Shown here in pieces: positions 54,178-64,000 of a stretch of DNA of 64,000 bases (the stretch's first letter is position 1; the number at the start of each line of letters is the position of its first letter). Source of the DNA: Eledone cirrhosa. Lineage: Eukaryota. The position numbers and the translations under genes were made by a program. The notes below the pieces were generated by a model. It searched no databases. It saw only the letters and a program-made list of their open reading frames with translations, and was not told the DNA's origin. The DNA lies in contig OZ024760.1 in assembly GCA_964016885.1 (NCBI GenBank), positions 9,796,001 through 9,860,000 on the forward strand, in the 5' to 3' direction.

Positions 54178-54814
54178 TTGTTAGTAGTTGAGATAGAGAG
54201 ATAGCTAGAATATATACACTTGTCCTCATACACAGAGATACAAAAATAACTTACACAAACTGTTATGTATAACCAAACCCCCTCTCTCCCAAATACTGGC
54301 TGGCACATAAAGCACCCAGTACTCACTGTAAATGAGGTTGGTGTTAAGAAGGACATCCAGCTGTAGAAATCAAGCCAAAATCAGTTCTGTTTGAGCAAGA
54401 CATAGTCACCCCACCTGGCATTGCCCACAACAGAACAACTCGTCTAACCCATGCTAGTGTGGAAAAATGGCCATAAAACAGTGACGGTGGTGATATATAT
54501 ATATATATATGTGTGTCATGGTAGCTAAGATGCTTCCATAGGTGGTATGCCGGTTGAGCACTCTCGCTCTCTCTCTATATATATATAACAAAGAGAGTGT
54601 GGTAAGATACAGGATGAACCATAACGTACCAGAGTACTCAATACTTAGGGTAGTAGAGTGGGTAATCGGAAAAGATTAAGGACTCTGACGGATGAGTTCC
54701 AGCCGTTTCGACAGCTAGATCCAAACTAAGCCACCAATATTGGTACCTTAGTTTGGAACAAGCTGTCGAAATATATATATATTTCTTACCTGGAGTTGCG
54801 ATCAATAGATAGTA

Positions 54815-55314
54815 CTAGCAGAATGGCCCGGCGTTGCTCGGGATTTGCTCTAGGGTTCTTATATATTTGATATATATTTATCCTTATCGAGCCTCGTGAA
54901 ATAAATACGTTTGTTTATATTTTGTTATTGTGTCATGCAGTAATACAGAGTACCCGACCTCCCATGGGTACAAGCTGAAGCATATAGACAATATGCCCCC
55001 ACACCCTCCCACTGCAAGGTGGTCGTGGAGGTGCCACGGCAAAAAAGCACCCAGCCCACACTGTAAAGTGTACGTGTAGGTGCCACGGAAGATAAGCACC
55101 CAGGACTCACTGTAAATGAGGTTGGTGTTAGGAAGGGCATCCAGCTGTAGAAATCAAGTCAAATCAGTTCGTGTATGAGCAAGGCATGGTCAGCCGACCA
55201 GACACTGCCCACAACAGGACAACCCGTCTAACCCATGCTAGCGTGGAAGAACGGACGTAAAACGGTGATGATGATGATGATGATGTGTATGCAAAAATAT
55301 CTGTACACAATATA

Positions 55315-55352
<38 letters not shown>

Positions 55353-55819
55353 TAACAGATTAAAGTTTAAGCAAAGAATCGATGTTTCACCCTTAATGGG
55401 ATCTTCTGAAACAAAAAAATAACAATCTGTGAACACAGAAGTAAATATTTCGAAAAACGTTACGCACACTATATATATATATATATACACACACTATATA
55501 TACATATACACACACACTATATATACATATACACACACACACACACACATGTAGCGTCATAATGTCGTAATGCAGACAGCCAGACATACACAGATATTAT
55601 AAGGGCGCAACGTTATATCTATGTATCTATCTAAAAAGAAAGACGAAGAATTATAGAGAGAGATCGCTAAATCGCCTAATGCGGTCCCTAGGGCATTGAA
55701 AATTTGAAATTTCTTTTGTTCAAAACACTCACACTACCATAAGTATTACATGTGTAAAGTTTGGAAAAAATCGGTTGGGTAGTTCTCGAGTTTTAGGGAG
55801 TCAGACTCCCTGTTTTAGA
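54815..55819 (-). mobile_element. Non-autonomous Helitron with a nested SINE (54930-55284); 5' boundary approximate
   Basis: a|ctagcagaatggcccggcgttgctcggg is the same 3' hairpin plus CTAG as at 38190. Confidence 0.65.
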
Positions 55820-55939
55820 TGATTAGCAATTGGAAAGACCACAGTAAGTGAAGTACTTAATACATTAGTAGAGTATATATAAAATTTAATATAGAAATGA
55901 AACAGCTCTAGGCCTGTAGAAGCCATTTCTATATTATAT

Positions 55940-56197
55940 TATGGTTGTGTAGGTGTCACGACAAAAAAGAACACACGGTCCACGCTGTAATGTGGTCGTG
56001 TAGGTAACATGGTAAAAAGCTCCCAGTCCACACTGTAAACGTGGTTGGTGGTTAGGAAGGGCATCCAGCCGTAGAAAACCTGCCAGATAGTCCTATACAA
56101 GTGAGACACGGTCACCCGACCAATCTTGCCTCAAGTGGGACAACTCCCGTCTAACCCATGCTAGCGTGGAAGATAGACGTTAAACGATGATGATGAT
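55940..56197 (+). mobile_element. SINE / RTE-tail repeat
   Basis: Homology to 43048-43670 and 35025-35312; (ATG)n tail. Confidence 0.8.
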
Positions 56198-56496
56198 ATT
56201 TATTATACACACATATATATATATATATATATAAAGGTCTGACGACATGGTGTGTTTGCTTACAGTGTACCTTCGGTTTATGATAATATTTTTATATTAT
56301 TCAAATAGCGAGGTATAGGTAACCCATACACTATAGAAACAATTGTTACCTAATAAATTCTTTATACCCGCATTTCCATTTCATAAACTTCTTCTCCATA
56401 TATATATATATATATATATATACGTAGGTCCCGGGTTGAGTCGGGGATAACCACAGTAAGTAGGGTACTCAGTACATGGCAGATTAAATTTTTTTT

Positions 56497-56615
56497 ATTT
56501 TATAGAAGGAGCTTCTACAGGACTAGTACTGTTTCATTCAGATGAAATCTTCAGGAAGCTCTGAAGATTTCATCTGAATGAAACAGTACTAGTCCTGTAG
56601 AAGCTCTTTCTATAA

Positions 56616-56618
<3 letters not shown>
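56497..56618. repeat. Near-perfect hairpin whose arms carry CUGAAGA...GAAAC-AGUACUA-GUC
   Basis: About 58-bp arms, loop gaagct. Confidence 0.85.
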
Positions 56619-56649
<31 letters not shown>

Positions 56650-56714
56650 GATTCAGCGAGAATCGCATTTCGGCGGGCAGGAAAAGCGAAGCGAAACGCA
56701 AAAATCATATATAC

Positions 56715-56778
<64 letters not shown>

Positions 56779-56844
56779 TCTCTCTCCGTCTTTTTCCTTC
56801 TCCTTAACACAACGACTTACTAAGATAAACAAATCCACTATCCC

Positions 56845-57026
56845 CGATGTCTTCCAAAAGTAACGGTTGCATTTTGAAAGGGTATGTCAATATTTATTTA
56901 TAAAACTGGTATATATTGTATTTTGTCTGATGAAAGCATACCATAATTTAACATGGTATCCTTGAAATATGTATAATAAAATAGATATGGTTTTATATGG
57001 TTTTATAAATATAGTTTCCATTCGTA
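56845..57026 (+). mobile_element. Solo copy of the 49.3-kb hammerhead-bearing repeat
   Basis: Homologous to 49300-49486, including ctgatga...gaaatatgtata. Confidence 0.7.
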
Positions 57027-57143
57027 TATATATATTATATATAGGAACAAGTAATTACCCACTCTATTACCCACTCTACTACCCTAAGTATTGAGTACTT
57101 TGGTGCGTTATGGTCTACCTGGTTCCTTACCACATTTCCTTCG

Positions 57144-57199
<56 letters not shown>

Positions 57200-57363
57200 G
57201 CCGAAGTTAACTTTGCCTTTTATCCTTCCGGAGTCGATAGAATAAATAAAGTACCAGTAATGTATTTGCTGGCCTTGTGCCTAAAGTAGAAACAATTATA
57301 TATATATATATATACACACACGCACACACATATATATATATTTATACAACATACATATCTAAG

Positions 57364-57422
<59 letters not shown>

Positions 57423-57591
57423 CCGAGGTTAATAGAATAAAGTACCAGTAATGCACTGGTGAATTTGCTGGCCTTGTGCCAAAAGTAGAAACAATTATAT
57501 ATATATATACACACATATATATATATTTATACAACATACATACATATATATATATATACACATACGCACACACATATATATATATATTTAT

Positions 57592-57649
<58 letters not shown>

Positions 57650-57780
57650 GGGGGGGAGATAAATAGAAAGATAGAGAGAGAGAGAGACTGAGTGAGGCGA
57701 GGAGAGAGAGAAATCCTTCCAGTAACTTCATAGTGTACCAATTGAGAACTGGTGTCGCTAAGGTAACAAGTTAATATTAC

Positions 57781-59712
57781 AGCTGCTGCTGCTGCTGTTA
57801 CACTGCTGCTGCTGTTACACTGCTGCTGTTGCTGCTGCTGCTGTTACTGCTGTTACACAGCTGCTGCTGCTGTTACTGCTGCTGCTGCTTAACTTGTAGC
57901 TGCTGCTGCTGACAGCCTAGATCCAGATAATAACAGAACAGTGATGTGTGCATTTCAAGAGAGCAGTTTATTAGTGGTGGTGGTGGTGGTGGTGGTGTGG
58001 TGATGGTGGTGATGGTGGTGGTGGTGGTGGTGGTGGTGTTGGTGGTGGTGGTGGTGGTGGTGTTGGTGGTGGTGGTGGTGGTGTTGGTGGTGGTGGTGGT
58101 GGTGGTGGTGGTGATGGTGGTGGTGGAGGTGGTGGTGTTGGTGGTGGAGGTGGTGATGGTGGTGGTGTTGGTGGTGGTGGTGGTGGTGGTGGTGATGGTG
58201 GTGGTGGTGGAGGTGGTGGTGGTGGTGGTGGAGGTGGTGGTGTTGGTGGTGGTGGTGGTGGTGGTGGTGGTGGTGGTGGTGTTGGTGGTGGTGATGGTGG
58301 TGGAGGTGGTGGTGGTGGTGGTGTTGGTGGTGGTGGTGGTGGTGGTGATGGCGGTGGTGGTGTTGGTGGTGGTGGTGGTGGTGATGGCGGTGGTGGTGTT
58401 GGTGGTGGTGGTGGTGGTGTGGTGTGGTGGTGGTGGTGGTGGTGGTGGTGTTAGTGTTGGAGGTAATGGTGGTGGAGGTAGTGTTGAAGGTGGTGGTGGT
58501 GATGGTGGTGGTGTTGGAGGTGGTGATGGTGGTGGTGGTGGTGGTGGTGATGGTGGTGCTGGTGATGGTGGTGGAGGTAGTGTTGGAGATGGTGGTGTTG
58601 GTGGTGGTGTTGGTGGTGGTAATGGTGGTGGTGGTAGTGTTGGAGGTAATGGTGGTGGAGGTAGTGTTGAAGGTGGTGGTGGTGATGGTGGTGGTGTTGG
58701 AGGTGGTGATGGTGGTGGTGGTGGTGGTGGTGATGGTGGTGCTGGTGATGGCGGTGGAGGTAGTGTTGGAGATGGTGGTGTTGGTGGTGGTGTTGGTGGT
58801 GGTAATGGTGGTGGTGGTAGTGTTGGAGGTAATGGTGGTGGAGGTAGTGTTGAAGGTGGTGGTGGTGATGGTGGTGGTGTTGGAGGTGGTGATGGTGGTG
58901 GTGGTGATGGCGGTGGTGGTGTTGTTGTTGTTGTTGGTGGTGGTGGTATTGAGGGGGTGGTGGTGATGGCGGTGGTGGTAGTGTTGGCGGTGATGGTGGT
59001 GGTGGTGGTGTTGTTGGTGGTGGTGGTGATGGTGGTAGTGTTGGAGGTGATGGTGTTGGTGGTGTTGGCGGTGGTGGTGATGGTGGTGGTAGTGTTGGTG
59101 TTGGTGGTAGTGTTGGAGGTGGTGGTGGTAGTGTTGGTGTTGGTGGTAGTGTTGGAGGTGGTGGTGTTGTTGTTGTTGGTGGTGTTGAGAGGGTGGTGGT
59201 GATGGTGGAGGTGGTGATGGTGTTGGTGGTGGTGTTGTTGGTGGTGGTGGTGGTGATGGTGGTGGTGGTGATGTTGTTGTTGTTGTTGGTGGTGGTGGTA
59301 GTGTTGGTGGTGGTAGTGGTGGTGGTGGTGTAGTGGTGCTGTTGGTGGTGATAGTGGTTGTGGCGTTGGTGGTGTTGGTGGTGCTGTTGGTCGTGGTGTT
59401 GGAGGTGGGGTGTTGTTGTTTTTGGTGTTGGTGGTTATGTTGGTGGTGGTGTTGGTGGTGGTGGTGGTGTAGTGGTGGTAGTTATGGTGGTGGGGGTGAT
59501 AGTGGTGGTGGTGGTGGTGTTGTTGTTGGTGGTACTGGTGGTGTTGATGTTGGTGGTGGTGGTGGTGGTGGTTATGTTGGTGGTGGTCGTCGTGATGGTG
59601 GTGGTGTTGGTGGTGGTGACGGTTGTAGTTAGTAGTGGTGGGGGGTGGGGGTTGATGTTGATGGTACTGGTAGTGTTGGTGGTGTTGGTGATGGTTGTGA
59701 TGGTGGTGGTCG
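57781..59712. repeat. (CTG)n and long (GGT)n low-complexity tracts
   Basis: Visible. Confidence 0.92.
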
Positions 59713-60185
59713 CTGTCGAGCTGGTCTAAATACATTAACGACCTGGTTAACTTTGCCTTTCGTCCTTATGGGGTCGATAAAATAAAGTACCAGTCACGCA
59801 CTGGGGTCGATTTAATCGATTTTCTTCTCCCCCCAAATTGCTGGCCATGTGCCTATATAAGAAACCAATATAACTCCATTCAAATGGTTGGCAGTTTCAT
59901 TCTCAATATATATTTTCATCTTTTAGTTCTACACAACTTACTATTTAGTAAAGAAACCTGGATGAATCCAATGACATGGTCTTCAGTGGCACCACATTCC
60001 CAATTGATGATGAAATCCTGCATAAATCCTTTAACCATTTAGCATTTAAGCTGGCCGTCTCCGGCCAAGATTCCCTCACCTCTCTCTCTGTTCAAACCGG
60101 TTGTAACCAGCTGCTCATACTGATGTTAAGGTATTGTTCTCAAAATAAATAATTTGAAAATCTCATAGATTCGATATTATTTATA

Positions 60186-60307
60186 TCTATATATAATATA
60201 AAAGAGAGATGTGTGTGTGGTGTTTATTGGTTGGTTGGTTGGTTGGTTTAATCACACGAAAACTACACACACACACACACACATCTAAAGACAGGGAGAC
60301 ACAGAGG

Positions 60308-60347
<40 letters not shown>

Positions 60348-61398
60348 AAGAGAGAGAATGACATCCCACAAAAGTCTAGAATCGGCTTAAACTATAGATC
60401 AAAGTATCAGTTGAATGTTTAATAATATTGTGTTAGCTTTTATAAAGTCGTTTTACACCAGTCTTTGATTTTACAGAACAGGAAAAATTAATACTATTTG
60501 AAATAAATCTATGATGTGTATTAACTTAGCCTTTTGGGGATAGAGTCATGTTATTATTGACTGAATTCAGATGACAGAGTGTCAACCTCTTCTCTAAGGT
60601 TGCTATTTGCATTTATTTCTATTTTTTATATTGCTTTTTATTATTCTTTTTTTCACGATATTTTCCAAGAAAATTAATTTCATCATGTCATCAAAACACC
60701 ACTCATCTATCTGGCGAGTTACAATGTCCTCCAAACTGTTGAAATCTTCAAGCGAAAGAGAAACTCACGAACAATATAAAAAAAGACTTAGGAATAAAGG
60801 GACAAGTCAACATTGTGACGTTCAGCAGAATATGAGACAGGAAACAGAAAGGTTAAGACAACAATAAAGAGGAGGATTGCAACTTTCTGAAAGTGTACAG
60901 AACCTGAGACAGGAAACAGAAAGATTATGGCAAGAAGAAAGACTATCGCAATAAGCAGGGGTTGAATATGAAAATCACCAAGAGGCAATGAGAGTTGTGA
61001 TGCAAACTCGACAAGCACAAAGAACTCTTCAAGGCAGAATAAACTGTTTAAGAGCTACGGATCCATTGAAGAATTATAGAAATAGAAATGATTCTAGAGT
61101 CGCGATCGGTAGCATGGATATTACACTTGGCATGTGTTGCTTAGGAGGAAATGTCAGACTTCCACAGATAGAGGACCCTCCAGCTTTTATCCATATACTA
61201 CTTACAGTCCGTACTAACGAAGCTAAACACTTCAGAAGCAATGTTATCCGGTATATTGCTGCGTTTCAAATGACGTCTTTTGGAGCTGAAAAAGATCATA
61301 CTGACTATGGTTATTTCACATTTAAAACCCAAGGCCAATGCTACCATTTAATCGGCTGTTTACCCCCCCCCCCCCAGCCTAATAAGGAAGTTGTATGA
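60186..61398 (+). mobile_element. Helitron 5' fragment with a decayed RepHel N-terminal coding region
   Basis: A|TCTATATATAAT start; GMCCLGGNVRLP...KHFRSNVIRYIAAFQMTSFG...TFKTQGQCYHLIGCL resembles the Helitron RepHel N-terminus. Confidence 0.8.
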
Positions 61399-61417
61399 TT
61401 GTTTTCTCTCTCTCTCT

Positions 61418-61463
<46 letters not shown>

Positions 61464-61599
61464 TCCTTTCTTTACTATATTCCTAATGAACAACACTTCT
61501 TATGGTCTACAAATTATTTTGAAAATAAGCAAGAATGATTTGGAGGGATTTTATTTCATGTGGGTTGTAAAAAGTGTTTTATTCTTGAGGTGAATTCTA

Positions 61600-61840
61600 C
61601 GGACATGGACAGAATGTTTCAGGAAAGACTCGCCGGACAGATTTTACTGGCAAAATCAGCCAACAGACCCAGGGGTAGATCCTAAGCAAGATGGTTGCAT
61701 AACATCCATGAGCTTGGTTGGTCTCATTTGGAGATCCAACCGGATCAATTGGAGACAGTTGCTTCTGACAGGACCCACTGGGTGGAGTGTTTGAGGACTC
61801 TGCTCCTACGACCCTCCCAGGAGTAAGTGGGCGAAGAAGA
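61600..61840 (+). mobile_element. RTE-type LINE 3' end (unamplified homolog of 32970-33215)
   Basis: Direct sequence similarity. Confidence 0.8.
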
Positions 61841-61937
61841 GGTCGATAAATTTAATTACCAGTCATCTGCTGGGCATTAGTACACTTCTGTCTTTTCATC
61901 CCTTACCCTTGTGGGTTTAGTTATGGCCCTTGAACTT

Positions 61938-62452
61938 CGGTGGATTGGCAGTATCGGTAGAGGGTCGGACGCCATGCTTTGAAGCATAGAGTTACGTCCC
62001 TTTACGATCTGAGTTCAAATCCCGCCGAGGTTAGCTTTGCCTTTCATCCTTACGGGGGTCGATGAAATAAAGTACCAGTAATGCACTGGGTAATTGCTGG
62101 CCTTGTGCCTAAAGTAGAAACAATTATATATGGCGGTGGATTGGCAGTATCGGTAGAGGGTCGGACGCCATGCTTTGAAGCATAGAGTTACGTCCCTTTA
62201 CGATCTGAGTTCAAATCCCGCCGAGGTTGACTTTGCCTTTCATCCTTACGGGGTCGATGAAATAAAGTACCAGTAATGCACTGGGTAATTGCTGAGCTTG
62301 TGCCTAAAGTAGAAACAATTAATTAATATATAGTAATTTATACCTAGTTTATATTATATTATTTACATTTCATCCTTATGGGGTCGATAAAATAAAGTAC
62401 CAGTTATACCCTGGGATAAATGCTGGCCTTGTGCCTAAAGTAGAAACAATTA
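61938..62452 (+). mobile_element. Tandem family-2 SINE copies (two full, one partial)
   Basis: cggtggattggcagtatcgg at about 61938 and 62133. Confidence 0.85.
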
Positions 62453-62849
62453 ATACATTTCTGACTTTTCAGCCCTTACCCTTGTGGGTTTAGTTATGGC
62501 TCTTCAACTTCGGAGTTCCGAATCCAGCCGAAGAGCCTGAGTCAGCACAAAAGGAGTCATGTAAAAATAGCTGATGCAGATTACGTTGGTGAGTCTGGCA
62601 TAACAATCTGCCATCGATGTGGTAAAGTCTGTCAATCAGCAGGAGGCAAGAGGCAACACATGAAAGTACATGGCAACCAGCCATCGATTGTTGTTGTCAA
62701 ACGCCATGTCTGTAACATCTGTGTCAGAGAATGTAGAACTCTTGTTGACCTGAAAGGTCATAGCCGAGGCCACACACGCGCAGAAAAGCGTTTGGAAATT
62801 CACGCGATGCTTAGGTTATACTCGAGCCCGAAGTGGCTACCATCATGTA

Positions 62850-62951
62850 ATATATATATATATATATATATATAGGTATGTATGTGTGTATATAAATATA
62901 TATATATATATAGGTATGTATGTGTATATATATATATAGGTATGTATGTGT

Positions 62952-62998
<47 letters not shown>

Positions 62999-63002
62999 TA
63001 TG

Positions 63003-63056
<54 letters not shown>

Positions 63057-63060
63057 TATG

Positions 63061-63098
<38 letters not shown>

Positions 63099-63141
63099 TA
63101 TGTATGTGTATATATATATATATATATAGGTATGTATGTGT

Positions 63142-63182
<41 letters not shown>

Positions 63183-63250
63183 TATGTATGTGTGTATATA
63201 AATATATATATATATATAGGTATGTATGTGTATATATATATATAGGTATG

Positions 63251-63283
<33 letters not shown>

Positions 63284-63324
63284 GTATGTATGTGTGTATA
63301 TATATATATATATATAGGTATGTA

Positions 63325-63373
<49 letters not shown>

Positions 63374-63734
63374 TAGAGAGATTGAGAGAGAGAGAGAGAG
63401 AGAGAGAGTGAGAGAGAGAGAGAGAGAGAGAGATGTATATAATATATACCATAGAATGGTGTGTTTGACCACCCAGATCGTATGATGTACTTTATTATAT
63501 TATATAAAAGACTGTTGATATATTTGATCACTAACATTTCCACATCTTTGTAGATTTGTATCTTTGCGAAGTTTTCTCGCTCTCTAGTTTAGTTGCGGTT
63601 TTCTTTGATGCCTGCTTTGGGATATACTGATATATATATACACATGTATGTATATTATATATATATATGTGTATATGTATGTATGTATATATATATATTA
63701 CTCTTTTATATATATATATTTTATATTATATATT

Positions 63735-63770
<36 letters not shown>

Positions 63771-63812
63771 TTATATATATTTATATATATATGTATATAT
63801 ATGTATGTATAT

Positions 63813-63859
<47 letters not shown>

Positions 63860-63872
63860 ATGTATATATATG

Positions 63873-63911
<39 letters not shown>

Positions 63912-63931
63912 CATATATATATATATATGTA

Positions 63932-63979
<48 letters not shown>

Positions 63980-64000
63980 CATATATATATATATATGTAT
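62850..64000. repeat. (TA)n/(GA)n microsatellite tracts with a short unique spacer
   Basis: Visible. Confidence 0.88.

Overview
Eukaryotic, AT-rich, extremely repeat-dense genomic DNA. The (TA)n/(CA)n/(CAC)n load, tRNA-derived SINEs and RTE-type LINE debris suggest an octopus or other cephalopod; this is inferred, not verified. One host gene is supportable: four coding exons of a HINT3-like histidine-triad protein on + (19953-20070, 40329-40395, 45471-45597, 47217-47261). They have GT-AG sites with matching phases and an HLHLH motif; the first exon was not found in the window. The rest is minisatellites, microsatellites, SINEs, decayed RTE LINEs, Helitrons and MITEs. Nearly all long ORFs in the track are artefacts of low-complexity repeats. 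Most notable points: (1) about ten long inverted repeats from several sequence families, most next to (TA)n, carry complete or half minimal hammerhead-ribozyme motifs, as expected for Penelope-like pLTR remnants; (2) tandem arrays start at or just after each internal HINT3 splice donor, one of them repeating the donor itself about 41 times; (3) several minisatellites demonstrably arose inside LINE, SINE or Helitron copies. All folds and copy numbers were read by eye.
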